Below are positions 27,780 through 41,253 of a stretch of DNA of 64,000 nt, one piece after another. The notes below the pieces were generated by a model. The model searched no databases, was not told the DNA's origin, and was given only the letters and a program-made list of their open reading frames with translations. The position numbers and the translations under genes were made by a program. This DNA is from Ylistrum balloti. Taxonomy: Eukaryota. Location: positions 62,001 to 126,000 of the forward strand of contig NW_026782468.1 of assembly GCF_031769215.1 (NCBI RefSeq), given 5' to 3'. Every line of letters begins with the position of its first letter. Position 1 is the first letter of the stretch.

Positions 27780-29060
27780 TTCTTCATGTAGGTAATGTCA
27801 ACAGAATAGTAACAAGACCAGTATAAGATTTGTGTGTGACGTTTCGATGACTATATAGTCACCTTTATCAGACAAATGACCAGTAAAGCGTACTAGTACT
27901 GACGAATTTATTGCACGAGCTGATAAGGACTCGACCTACTTTTTCGACTGTACTATAATCCTATATACGTTGTACACTAGAGTCGAAAATAGTATGACGA
28001 ACTGGTAAACTGGCCTATCATGATTTTACCAGCAGACATGTTGAAACAACAGTCATCATGGACACTGACGAATACGAGAACAAGTCACAGTTTTGCTCGA
28101 AGAAAACAAAACATATGTAAAACTCAAGAACAACCCTACCCAAAAGTTCACAAAGCTGCGGGTATCTATCAAAACTAAAGCAATGAAATAAGATAACCGA
28201 ATCACAATATAGACACCTCTATCACACTGCAGAGAACATAGTTAGAATGTACTGCACACCCAAGGTCCAAAAATACAGCCTATATTGCACTATACTGGTT
28301 CCATTGGTTACACTAGCAGACATTTTGAGACCCCTGGTGGGAAAATCAACAACACACCAACCAACAAGGCACTTGAGATCATTAGAGGCGACATAGAGTA
28401 AGACCGGTCATTGCAAAAGAACACCAATCTCCATATCCAAGACCTCACGGTTTCATTAGAATTTGAACATACAACAACATACTTTGCCTTCTGAGATATC
28501 CTCACCAGCAACGGCTTGGTAAGGCCACGTGTAGTCCAGTGTCTCCGATTGTGGCCAAACTGTTCATGGCGAAGAGGCTGTGGCCACCGTAGAATGCAAT
28601 CCAAGTCTGGAAGCGGTATATTAATAGCATATTGAAATATTAAAAAAACGGTCACAGAAAGTTCTGACTGAACATATCAATATCGTAGATACCACCAACA
28701 GCATCATATTCACTGTGATGAAGAAATCAATGGCACTAAACTATTTCCCGACACCCTCCTTGTAAAGAATAAAATGACAGTACCATCAAAGTATTTGTCT
28801 ATAGGAAAAAGACGCACACTTACCAATAACTCAACTTCCGATCGCAAAACTCCTTACACCAAGTTTGGCGTTGTTCAAACATTGCTCCATAGATGTGAAT
28901 TGATTATCAAAGAAAAACAAAACAAGAAACAATAACAAAATCACATGCATAGCGACATGAAAATATATGGATTCCCCTATAGAGGAGTCCAGAAAGGTAA
29001 CAACGAAGTTGATAAAAGCAAAAAGGCGAAGAGACGAAAGATCATCTACTAAAAGCGATT
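27780..29060 (+). mobile_element. Penelope-like relic, copy 2
   Basis: Duplicate of 19230-20530 with two extra small deletions near 28275-28310. Confidence 0.8.
27835..27877 (-). ncRNA. Hammerhead ribozyme motif, core variant CUGAUAA
   Basis: Same sequence as 19282-19324. Confidence 0.45.
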
Positions 29061-29466
29061 AATATTATTAAGGAATCTCTTAACTAAATCCACAATATAT
29101 AGTGTTTTCATCGTGATTAGGACAGTCATGTAGAAAGGGTTTGGAAGGTAGAAGAAATGGCATCACTAAGAGCAGAAAAGGAGTTAAAGAGAAGTTGTCT
29201 TTGATGAAGTGACCACAATCCTCTACACGAAATCCACATAAGCAGGCAGAGCTATATGTTGGATCGGGGACTTAAACCCATCTACGTTAAAGTAGTTTTC
29301 TTAGATGGCAAAATAGCCCATACAATATCTGCATATTCAGGAATAGGACGGATAAATGTTTAACATGTAGGTCATACAATATCTGCATATTCAACAATAG
29401 GACGTACACATGTTTTCTTTATAGCCTATACAATACAGTTTACTTCCGACTCTAGTTCGACGCCAA

Positions 29467-29782
29467 TAATTTTTTTTTAATTTTTATTTTTTTTGCACAT
29501 TTTTCAACATGAATGACATTACAAAAAACACACAATGGCATATACCCACACAATCACACAGATCAATACCATCCATCATCATCGTNNNNNNNNNNNNNNN
29601 NNNNNNNNNNNNNNNNNNNNNNNNNNNNNNNNNNNNNNNNNNNNNNNNNNNNNNNNNNNNNNNNNNNNNNNNNNNNNNNNNNNNNNNNNNNNNNNNNNNN
29701 NNNNNNNNNNNNNNNNNNNNNNNNNNNNNNNNNNNNNNNNNNNNCACTTCATCGTCATCTGCTTGATCAATCGTCATCATAG

Positions 29783-29830
<48 letters not shown>

Positions 29831-31678
29831 TATACACTGTCAATATTATATTTTGATTATGTACACATACACCCACACACANNNNNNNNNNNNNNNNNNN
29901 NNNNNNNNNNNNNNNNNNNNNNNNNNNNNNNNNNNNNNNNNNNNNNNNNNNNNNNNNNNNNNNNNNNNNNNNNNNNNNNNNNNNNNNNNNNNNNNNNNNN
30001 NNNNNNNNNNNNNNNNNNNNNNNNNNNNNNNNNNNNNNNNNNNNNNNNNNNNTGTTGAAGACAAGAAATGATGATATTTTTGTTGTACAATTGCAAAAAC
30101 TACTTATTTGAAACTACTTATATGTGCTTCTAAAATATTCGGCTAAGACAGGGGCATCAAGAGATCATGAGTAGTAAAAATTCAAAACTGAATTGTGGAT
30201 TTGAAAGACTACAGGTTAAGTAATTTCTCCCATTTTTTCCATTCGTTATCAATTTTTTGTTTTTCTTTGTCCTCTTTACTTTTTACAATATATTTCTGGA
30301 TTGAATAGTTTTCTTTAATTATATTTTTAAGAACATTTATATTTAGAGAGTTGTGAAAGCATCTCATTCTATGAATGTACTGTTTTATGATTATGACAAT
30401 TTCATTGTCAACACGATTACTGGGAAGAGAGTTCTGAAAGAGAAAGCCAAAAATAAACGATTTTTTGTTTACCGAGAAAGGGATTAATAAAGCTTCTAAT
30501 AATGTTTTAAAGCACTGAAGTAAGTTTTGAACTTCCTGGCACTCCCATAGAACATGGGTAATTGTCTCAGTTTCAGTATTACAGAAAACACAGAGAGGGG
30601 AGATAACTAGTCCTAGTTTGAAAAGTAAAGAATTGGTTACCAAGATGTAATGGGTTAATCTGTACTGAAACCATTGTAGTTTTGCACTGTTTGTCACCTG
30701 GAATGGGATTCTATGATACCTAGTCCATGATGAGTGGTCAATATCGTCTAACAGTGAGTTCCATTTTTTGGTGCCTTTTGGAATCAATTCTGATTATTTA
30801 AAAGATTATAAAATAATTTTGAACCTTTTTTATCTCTGAAGAAAATCTGTGAGTTAATTGGTATGTATGGGTAAGTTATATTAAGTACTTTATGTGTATC
30901 GTATGAGGAGATATATTTTTTATAGCTGAGACCAGACCATGATACTCTAGAAAATTAGTGTTTATTCTATATTTCTGAATAAATTCATCAAATGGGTAAA
31001 ATGTGCCAGTTTCTGAGTTTTTCATCAAATCATTTATGATTATTATGTTACTTTTATACCATTTTTTAAGGAATAGTGCTTTACCTCCAACAAGAATTTT
31101 ACTGTTATACCAAATTGGAACTTTAATTAAGTTTTCCTGAAAGGCTTTAATATTATATTTTATCTGCACTTTATACCAGGCATTTAGAACATCCTGCCAA
31201 AATTTATTTTTACACTTCTTTATACAAAGCTTTATATATTCAGTACCACTAACAGCAAGAAGATCTGTATCAATATATGACATTAGTATTGTTTGCCATT
31301 TCTCTGTTTTTTGGTAAAGTCTCCTAATCCAGGTGAGTTTTAATGCTTGTATGAAAGCAGTGAGGTTAACCATTTTTAATCCACCACTGGTGTAATTTTG
31401 AGTGATTACCTCCCTTTTTATCTTATCTGGCTTCCCATTCCAAAGATAATCATAGAGAACTAAGTTAAGTTTCTTGAGAAATTTATCTTCAGGGTTAGGT
31501 AAAGAGATAAAAAGATGATTAAACTGAGATATAAGAAGTGATTTAATAATACTAATTCTTCCAATAGGTGTAAATGATCTCCTATTCCATATTTTTATTA
31601 AGGATTTTAGTTTGAGCTTTTTATCAAAATTTAACTTTGGGATTTCATGCAGGTTTACACTAAATTCTATTCCTAACA
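29467..31678 (-). mobile_element. 5'-truncated L1/Tx1-clade LINE with A-rich tail and 13-bp TSD
   Basis: ORFs 30876-31697 (IIKSLLISQFNHLFISLPNP, YLWNGKPDKIKR, GGLKMVN) and 30209-30787 (CVFCNTETETITHVLWEC zinc knuckle). T-rich tract from 29470 is the minus-strand tail. TSD agttcgacgccaa at 29454-29466 and 31679-31691. Contains two N-gaps. Confidence 0.88.
29586..30052. other. Two assembly gaps (29586-29744, 29882-30052) flanking a (CAT)n microsatellite
   Basis: N runs; (cat)n at about 29780-29830. Confidence 0.95.
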
Positions 31679-32494
31679 AGTTCGACGCCAAAGTCATTTA
31701 TATAAAATGAAAAAAAGATATTGTCCTAAAGCTGATCCCTGTAGTACCCCTGCCGTTAGGGTTTTCCATGTAGATTTAGAGCCATTTATGATAACCCTTT
31801 TCTCCTATTTGTTAGGTTGGATCCGAATTATTTTAACATATTATCACATATACCATGCTTTTTTCCATTTAGAAATCAAACCATTGTACCAAACATTATC
31901 AAATACCTCGAGATGTTTGACGATTTCATCATGGATACTTAATAGCTAAAAAAGAAGACAGAAGAATTTTAGGTTGATGCTGAAAAATCATATTTTCTCA
32001 CGAAAGAGATTTTATGAAAATAAGGAGTAATTGATATGGGTTAGTTGGGTCTCAAATTTCATGTGTAGATCCCTCTTGGTCCTTAGTTGTGTCATTTTGT
32101 CTGTGCGACTGATTTGATAAAGCTAAAAATGGCCGATATGTGACAATCTTGTATTTGGCAGTTAAAGATTATTATCGCCATTTCTGGACAGAAAATTTTT
32201 AATTTCATATAATTCATAGCAAAACATGAGGGGAAAAAAGAGGGAAAAGATCAACTTTAAAAGAGCAAGAGATCAGGCAATGATGGGCGTCAAGATCCCT
32301 CTGGAATCTCTCATCGAATTCTGTCGATTGACCAATCATCTCATCACATGATGCTGAAAATCTTTGAGAAAAATTTATATTGATGTTTGATTAGAAAGAT
32401 TATTTCCCCGTTGATGAGTTATCAGTTATTAAATTGTATTATTGCTATGTAGGACGCATTAGGGTATTTTAATGATAGTGTGCATTCGACAGGC

Positions 32495-32680
32495 CATGTG
32501 ATTGTGTATATCTGACAGGACACGTGATCGTGTACATCTGACGGGAAATGTGATCGTGTACATCTGACGGGGCATGTGATTGTTAACATCTGACTGGACA
32601 TGTGATCGTGTAAATCTGACGGGGCATGTGATTGTGTACATCTGACGGGACATGTAACCGTTACATCTGACAGGACATGT
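32495..32680. repeat. 26-bp minisatellite, unit-2 allele (about 7 copies)
   Basis: Same unit as 21745-22165. Confidence 0.9.
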
Positions 32681-33055
32681 AATCTTTTACATCCAATTTA
32701 CTAAATCCTTTCAGCGTATAGCTACATTCCGATATCGCTTTGTTGTCAGTAAATTTAATCCGTTTTAAGTTTTAATAATAATACCGTAAACACTTCATCA
32801 TAATTTTGTACATAGATAGGATTAACATTACACCTGTGTACGATGGCGTCTACAGAAAATTTTATGTCTCCTTAGGGTCTAGATGTACTATTTTATATGT
32901 ATCTCAGTCGAAACTCACAGTGACTCCTTAAACCCGTCCATGGATCAACATTTAGAATAATGTCCATGTAATTTACAAACAAAGAATAAATATAAATAAA
33001 ACTATGATTTTTTAAAACCTTTTATTTGATATAATTTTAAAAATATATATGTTCT

Positions 33056-35032
33056 TTAAAATCGTGTTATATCCGTAATGATACGAGAAACAATATGTGT
33101 GATTATTAAGTTCCATTGCCACTCCGGGAAATTTATTGATTCACTTTCGACCCAATTCAATCCATTGAAACCTGAAAGAAAATATAGAAATAGGACAGAA
33201 AAAAAAACCCAAAACAATTACTTGTATACGTGCCCTCATTGCCTTCAGTACCAAAGACATTGCCACGATCTTCATTATCTCTGTAGTTAGTGAACTGTAT
33301 TATAGAACTGAAGAAAAAATCTTAACTGCCTAACTTGTAACTGATCAAAATATGTAGCTTAAATTCTTCAGCTCAAAGAAGAGCTTCAATGACTTCTGAA
33401 CGGATCGCTAAGAACATTTGTTGAATTACCAACACTGTCACTTTGATTGACGACAAATCAGTTCACACGATAATATCACTGACTACAAATCAGTTCTACT
33501 TACTAGCAGTTCTTACAGTTACAGACAACCATTCTCAAGATAGTTTTATGGAATAATTAGCTGATCTCGAGATATTATCACTGAATAAGTAACAGTTCTC
33601 ACAATAGCTGTTCTGAGAGTTGTTCTCGTGTTATATTAAATGAACATACCTGTTCTCCTTTATCTCACAAATATAAAAAATTCTGATCATGCATGGTCGA
33701 TCTCTCCATCGGAAAGTCGAATGAGAATAAGTGAGATATCCTTCTAAACAGTCCTCGCCAGAGGAGTGGTGATTGTTTGGCTCGCCCGGGTTCCAGTTAG
33801 TGTAACCCAGGTACTGACCACTTTCATACCATCTCCAGTCTCCTTCCACAAATATGTCATTCCCGCCGAGCCAAAAGTCACGATGGTCAGCTGAGTACAA
33901 AAGCAATCATTGATGAAATAAGAATGAATATAGTGACGATTCTTTTTCGTCCTTTTGATTGCAATCCAAAAGATTTTGTACAATGATTTTTCGTATTTTC
34001 AAACATGTATTAAGGTAAACAAGAAAATAATACCGTCACTGTGAAAGACACAGGAGTGAATGAAAAGCGCTCGAGACGTCAATACATCAGCATTATCAAT
34101 CTCATTAACATAAATGAAAGCACAGCCTACTATGAAGTTGTATAAGCATTTGCCTCAAGAAATTGTCCTCTTGTGCATCTTCAACTTCAGCGAGGTGGGC
34201 GTGGAACGATGAACATGCGTCCTGTTAAAGATATCAAAGTTATTAAAGTGTTACATGGAGACAACTGACATAGTACCACGAGAACAAGATACGTTTTTCG
34301 GAAGTTTAAGTAACTTCTGAGGTCTTCATGAATGTCACCATATGAACATTGGTCAATCTAAGTATGTAATGTCAAGTTCCTAAATGAGAACAATGTTAAC
34401 AAAAATGAAACCAAATGTCAGACTTACGAGCATTAAACATGTCCAACTGCAAAATGCACACACAAAACAAAATCTCAATGACATTATTATGAAGACTTTA
34501 AAACTTACTCATGAATGGCTCTTTTTTTATCTTAATAACATATATCAAATCAACGAATGACCAACTCATTCAGAACAAGGACAGGAAAATATGCAAATCA
34601 ATTACGAGAGCCAAATTAATCAAATATCAATAAAATTTTAATGAAAAAAGTTATGAATATTTATTAATTAGTCTTTGAAATGTATTCCAGGCGATGTACA
34701 ATCAAAGTCGTCTAAGTTACCGATGCTGCAGTCCAGTTTTTCCTGTCATCGGACACAAAATAGCAGGAACTATTATAGGTTTCCCAGCCGTTTGGACATC
34801 CACAGATCACTGGAAATCAATCAGCTATAAGCGTTTAACATGGAACAAGCCATGTAGCAGTACAGTCGACACATGACTCTATATATTGTTAAAATATAAC
34901 AATTAATTGGACATTAATATTTAACTTCCAATAAGACAAAACTTTGTTGTAAGTCATGAGTTAAATCATAAAGACTTTAAAATGTTGTATGTTGTTGAAA
35001 AGTATATTACCGTGAAAAAGTAAAACAAACAT
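33056..35032 (-). CDS. C-type lectin gene C2 (near-identical to C1)
   Basis: Exons 35011-35032, 34721-34809, 34131-34221, 33650-33890, 33234-33280 and putative 33056-33171. One D>G change vs C1 in exon 4; the putative intron-5 donor is GC. Confidence 0.72.
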
Positions 35033-35535
35033 CTTCAGTGAAAATAATAGTGCCTTTAAATAAGTCCTCACATTGAATTCTTCTAAAATTACTATCTGAA
35101 AGAAAATCGTGTGATAAATCCCTGCTACAGTATGTTTATACATGTATTATGATCAGAGACACCAACGAAATGTATGTTATTATCTTCGAAAAACACTGTG
35201 AAATTTAAGTTTGAGATAGATGCGTATGATCACAAATCTTACCCTGACCCAACACAACTATGAAAATCGGACCGAATCTTGCAAGGTAAGTCATTGTTGT
35301 TGTACCGTCAAAAACCGATCTATACTACATTGTAGACATGACCAACAGATAACGACTTATCTTATAACGTAACATATAATGGTTTCTACTGAGGACCACC
35401 TATACAGAAGAGGGGAAGTGGACTAAGAATATAGAAAAGTTAAAACTGGAATATTGTATTATTATCTTATGTTTATTTCCGACAAGTAACTGCATTATTA
35501 TTGAGTAACGGCACCAGTTGCAGGCTCAGTCACGG

Positions 35536-37211
35536 TCAGCCAATCTCGATTGCTCCAGAACTGTCACTGAAAGTAAAGTACTTCAAGTACTGGTGCATAA
35601 GTGATTTGGAGAGTCTCTTAACGAATGAGGATATAATTTCAAAAATAAGCAAGCTGTGAATGTATCAATTAAATTTAATACTTGTATCCTTGTTAATGAC
35701 ACATGTGTATCCTTGGTAATGTCACATTTGTATCATTTGAATTAAGAGATTGTTTAACGATGTCAATTAAGGCTTTAGATCACCCTTTTATATTTCTTTG
35801 GACAATTAACAAGCATCACTAACAGGACAGAATATTATATCTATTTTACTGTTATGTTAGTCATTTGTTTATTTTTTTTTAATTTCTTATTGTTTTTTCT
35901 TTTGATGGAATCTTTCTTTGGTATTCTAAAATGCTCAAAAAATATCGTGTAAAGACCGTTTATTGAAATTGTCCTGAATTTTCGATATTCTTGTAATATT
36001 ACTATGGCTGGTTTGAAACATTCGGCAAAATTAACACATAAATCGTTCAAAACACTATCAACATTTAAAGAATCTCCAGTTTTTAAATATGCTTCTTCAC
36101 CTTAATGCAGACTTACCCGATCTCACAAATGAAGTTATTTTGTTCTTTGCATGGTCTATCATCCCATCGATACTCTCGATTTTGCCTTATTGCAACAATC
36201 AAACAATCTTCTTGTTGGCTATGGTAGCTGTTTGGTTCGCCGGGGTACCACTTTGTGCAGCTGAAAAGCTGGTCAGAGTATACCCATCGCCAGTCACCTT
36301 CCACAAATATGTCCGCCCCGCCTAACCAATATTCAGCATCATTCGAGTGGCCATCTACAGAAATAAAACGACTCGCAAAAGAATAATGAATTGATTGTCA
36401 GTCTATAACAAAGACATCATGAGCACAGGTAGAGTTTTGTATTGTTTTGAATTTGTATATAATTTGCTTTTTGTGAACAACTGACGGTAAGAAAAAAAAA
36501 GTACTGATGAAGATAATGGAGTATTGACATAATTTCACTATCACTATCACTGATGCTCGTTAGTATGCCTTGTGATTTAGTTGTCATCGTCTGGTGCTTA
36601 TCTTTCACGTTTATCTAGGTCACCTGCTCTATCTTTTATCTGTCTTTTTTCTGTAAGAATCCTGGTCTTATTCCACAGGTCCTTTCTAGGTAACTTTATC
36701 CTAATTTTCATGCGGTTTTTTTTCTTTTAAGAAACCTGGTTCTATTCTTCACGTATATTTTTTATTATGAGATCTGTTATCTATTCTTCTTGTTTTTAGA
36801 AAATCTGGTCTTTTTCACGTGTTTTTTCGTAATCTATTGTCATTCTTCACGTTTTCTTTATTATAGGTACCTGATCTTATGGTTCCTGTTTAGAAATTAT
36901 GTCTTCATGTGTTTTTTATCACAGGTGGTATATATTTCCTTTGTTCATATTTTGAGTGTTTTGGAGTTTTGAGGTATGTTTGCTCGTAATTCCTTTTTTT
37001 AGCATAAATTTATGTGCAACTTTCATTTCTCGATTTAAAATTCTCACTCGCTAAATGGGCTGAAAGGTCAGCATGATTTATTAAATGCCTATAAATAGTG
37101 ATAAAAAAACGGCACCTTACCATGATATTTCGAGATTATTTGTTTAAGAAAGGTGTCCTCCCTTGCGCTTTCAATTTCAGCAAGATGGGCATGATACAAT
37201 CCACATGTTGA
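35536..37211 (-). pseudogene. 5'-truncated C-type lectin cassette D2 (exons 3-5 only, ORF and splice sites intact)
   Basis: Exons 37121-37211, 36117-36354 and 35536-35566 (ends AIEIG*); junction at 37615. Confidence 0.8.
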
Positions 37212-38279
37212 CTGAAATTGTTAACAAATTCTTAAAATCAGTCTGGAAGTAATATGAATCAATCTTCATATAAAATGAAAATACCTCCATTTACCTACAA
37301 CATCCCCACCCACCCAAACCCTCGAAAACGATAATCATGTCAGAATCATGGTTAATTTTTACATTCTATTCAATTTACAAATTCTCAAATGAAAATAAAA
37401 ACGACCAAGGAATCTTTGCTGTGCGCTCTTTCAACCATAAGCAAATTCAAATATCTGTTTCATTTCAACTAATTTCATTGTATAAAAATTTTGATGACTT
37501 GATAGACCTATACAAACTATCAATATTGGTGGTATGAAATATACATTATATATTTTGCATATAATCATATAGTTATAATATATTTGTGAGAATATTACCA
37601 TTTATTCATACACACTCATTCAAGTAAAAAACTGAGGTCAAAACTAACTTCCGAAAAAACCTAGTAGTTACACATCATGAGAATGACAACATGTCCTTCC
37701 AAACTATTGAGTAACAATTGTTTAATCAACGCCTTACTACTACATATACCTCACAACTTCCAAAAATAACCCCCCTCCCCCATCAAACGATTCCTTATCT
37801 ACGCTTTTTGTCGCCTACTGATATGATATGGCGTTTACATATCAACTGACAATGCCTGTTACTTTTATTTTCATTTCCGAAATATTGTATAGATCATAAT
37901 GCAACCAGAATTGGACAACAGGCAAAGCCTATGAAAGATTGTACAAAAGACATACAAGTGAATAGCACCTTTTCATAATTTCGGGTGAGGTACAGTAACG
38001 CCAAACAATGAATAAAACTGCATCATACAAGCCTCCGAGGATTCGCCAGCTCTTCAACAAATTGAACACAATACACATCAATTTAATTACAAATCTGCAT
38101 AACAGTTACAAAATAGTGTGTAATGATGAAATATGAAAAAAAAGAGATATGACTACTTGATTTTTTTATCATTATGCTACACATTTTTTATAATTCATAA
38201 AATCTACCACAGATATCAGTCCGTTACTTGGTCGGCAGGTCATCACAGAGAAAATGTCCATTCAATTTCGGAACATTTT

Positions 38280-39700
38280 CTTCAGGTTGGTAATGTCAAC
38301 AGAATAGTAACAAAACCAGTATAAGATTTGTTCGTGACGTTTCGATGACTATATGGTCACCTTTATCAGACAAATGACCAGTAAAGCGTACTAGTACTGA
38401 CGTATTTAGTGCACGAGCTGATAAGGACTCGACCTACTTTTTCGACTGTGCTATAATCCTGCGTACATCGCACACTAGAGTCGAAAATAGTATGACGAAA
38501 TGGTAAGCAGGCCTATCATGATTTTACCAGCAGACATGGGGAAACAACAGTCATCATGGACACTGACGAATACGAGAACAAGTCGCAGTTTTGCTCGAAG
38601 AAAACAAAACATATGTAAAATTCAAGAACAACACTTACCAAAGTTCAAAAAGCGGCGGGTATCTATCAAAACTAAAGCAATGAAATAACATAACCAAATG
38701 ACAATATAGACACCTGTGTCTCACTGCAGAGAACACACCTAGAATGTTCTGCACACCCTAGATCCACAAGGAAGGGAACTCATTACAGCCTATATTGGAC
38801 TATACTGGTTCCATTGGTTACAATGTCTCCAGGTCACTTGCGGTCATTCTAGGACCTCTAGTGGGAAAATCAGAACATCCAGTCAAAACCTCGAAATACA
38901 TTGCAGAAAGTATGTTTACGGTACTTGACCAAAACGATCAGGAATTCGTGACATTCATCAACGATGTAGTATCTGTTTTCAACAACACACCCACCGTCAA
39001 GGCCCTTGATATCATTAGGGGCCGCCTAGAGTAAGACCAGTCATTGCGAAAGAGCACCAATCTCCATATCCAAGACCTCACGGTTTTGTTAGAATTTGAG
39101 CATACAACAGTATATTTTGTCTTCTGAGACACCCTCTATCAGCAACAGTTTGGTACGGCTACGGGTAGCCCAATGTGTCCAATTGTGGCCAAACTGTTCA
39201 TGGGAAAGAGGCTATAGCCGCCGTAGAATACAAGCCAAGTCTGTGGAAGCGGTATATTGCTGGCATATTGAAATATTCAAAAAAGGGTCACAGAAAGTTC
39301 TGACTGAACTTATGAATATCGTAGATACCACAAACAGCATCATATTCACCTGTGAAGAAGAAATCAATTACACATAGCTATTTCCCGATACCCTCCTTGT
39401 AAAGAATGATGACGGTACTATCAAAGTATTGGTCTGTAGGAAAATGACGCACACTTACCAATACCTCAACTTCCGATCGCACCACGCCTTATACCAAGTT
39501 GGGCGTTGCGCAAACCTTGCTCCATAGATGTGAATCGATTACCACAGAAGAACAAGATCAGAATCAAGAACAAAATCACATACATAGCGACATGAAAATT
39601 GATAGTTGCCCCTATAGAGGAGTCCAGAAAGGTAACAACGAAGTTGATAAAAGCAAAAAGGCTAAGAGACGAAATACCATCTACTTAAAGCGATTTATAT
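38280..39700 (+). mobile_element. Penelope-like relic, copy 3 (least deleted)
   Basis: ORF 38795-39034 DYTGSIGYNVSRSLAVILGPLVGKSEHPVKTSK...DVVSVFNNTPTVKALDIIRGRLE, a typical Penelope RT segment. Confidence 0.85.
38331..38375 (-). ncRNA. Hammerhead ribozyme motif, core variant CUGAUAA, 5-bp stem I
   Basis: Minus strand: tttgt-CTGATAA-a-ggtgac/catata/gtcatc-GAA-ACGT-C-acgaa. Confidence 0.45.
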
Positions 39701-39706
39701 CATTAA

Positions 39707-40446
39707 AGCCCCAATATACGTAAAAATCACCATAAAAAACAAACTTTATCTTATTTTCCCCGTAATATATGTAACAAAACAAATACTTTCCTATAATTAT
39801 AGAAAATAAAACTGACTGTTTTCAATTTAAATAAAAATTGAAAAAATCGGAAAATAAACAATGTGGGACCCACAATAATTCATACATTACCGCTCGTAGC
39901 GATGACATTGCGCATGAGTATATTCCGCGTGTGTAAACATGGCAGACACAGTATAGACGTTCACCAGCCGCTTCCTTTTTTTCCAATCATACATCAGGCC
40001 AGTTCTAAATTCTTACGTTATAATTGTGCGTCGTATCGTTTCTTAACTAATTATTCCTTCTAATAATTTCCCAAAACTTAATGTTTATCACAGGAATACC
40101 TGAAGTTTACGACAAGACTTCGCAAACAATGTTTGTAAACAAAACCTTACCGTAGACATATCTGCATGTGCTTCCTCTATAAGTAGAAACTTCAACTCTC
40201 GCGAGATCAGGTCATGAACTTTCCGACGTGGTTCGGCAACAATCGTAATTTCGTTGGCGGCGTGTTTAAAATGGAGGTGTGTTTACAAATAGCGAGTTTC
40301 AACTGCTCATATATCAATACTTTATGCATAAAGTAATGGTAACTATTGTTTGAATGACTTAATTTTAACTACATCTTAGATAATATCTCAATAATTATGT
40401 GTGATTCTACACTAAATTTTTGGTGAATGTTACGTATATTGGGGCT
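39707..40446. mobile_element. 740-bp non-autonomous DNA transposon (Kolobok-type MITE)
   Basis: TTAA TSD at 39703-39706 and 40447-40450; TIR AGCCCCAATATACGTAA (17 bp perfect, 24/26 extended); AG..CT termini; single TTAA empty site in unit 2 (about 29068-29071). Confidence 0.85.
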
Positions 40447-40450
40447 TTAA

Positions 40451-41130
40451 GGAATCTCTTAACTAAATCCACAATATATCTCTTAGTGTTTTCATCGTGA
40501 TTAGGACAGTCATGTAGAAAGGGTTTGGAAGGTAGAAGAAATGGCATCACTAAGAGCAGAAGGGAAAAAAAGAGAAGTTGTCTTTAATGAAGTGACCACA
40601 ATCCTCTACACGAAAACCACATAGGCAGACAGAGCTGTGTTGGATCGGGGAGTTAAACCAATCTGCGTTAAAATTTCTTGCATAGTTTTCTTAGATGGCA
40701 AAATAGCCCATACAATATCTGCATATTCAGGAATAGGACGGATAAATGTTTTATATGTAGGCCATACAATATCTGCATTTTCAGGAATAGGACGGATAAA
40801 TGTTTTATTCAAGAATAGAATGTATACATGTTTTGTATATAGCCCATACAATACAAGCTTACTTCAGTCTCTAATTCGTCGCCAATATCATTTACATATA
40901 ATAAAAAAGATATTGTCCTAAAGCTGATCCCTGTAGTACCACTGCCGTTAGGGTTTTCCATGTAGATTTAGAGCCATCTATGATAACCCTTTTCTGCTAT
41001 TTGTTAGGTTAGATCCGAACTATTTTAACATATCATCACATATACCATGCTTTTTTCATTTGTAAATCAAACCATTGTTCCAAACATTATCAAATACCTC
41101 GAGATGTTTGACGATTTCAACATAAATACT
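40451..41130 (-). mobile_element. CR1/L2-like LINE relic, copy 3
   Basis: ORF 40606-40851 YKTFIRPIPEYADIVWA; matches 20548-21200. Confidence 0.75.
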
Positions 41131-41253
41131 TAATAGGTGATAAACAGTAGGATCTTTGGGTAGAATCCCAGATTGATGCTGAGAAAAAAACCTTTTGTCT
41201 AGACAGATGTTCTATGAAAATTTGGAGCAATTGATATGGGTTAGTCTGAAGGG

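Larger units (their letters stand above)
29070..32400 (-). mobile_element. CR1/L2-like LINE relic, copy 2, split by the L1/Tx1 insertion
   Basis: 29070-29466 and 31679-32400 match 20548-21660. Confidence 0.75.
27076..37614. repeat. Tandem segmental duplication unit 2 (about 10.5 kb including L1/Tx1 insertion)
   Basis: Near-identical to unit 1 over genes C and D; junction acacactc|attcaagtaaaaaactg. Confidence 0.9.

Noticed and set aside
29484-30096. Several ORFs containing X runs and poly-S/H/D
   Set aside because: Artefacts of N-gaps and the (CAT)n microsatellite
25581-36354. Positive selection between D1 and D2
   Set aside because: Only 4 differences in exon 4; all being replacement is compatible with neutral expectation (about 0.3 probability)
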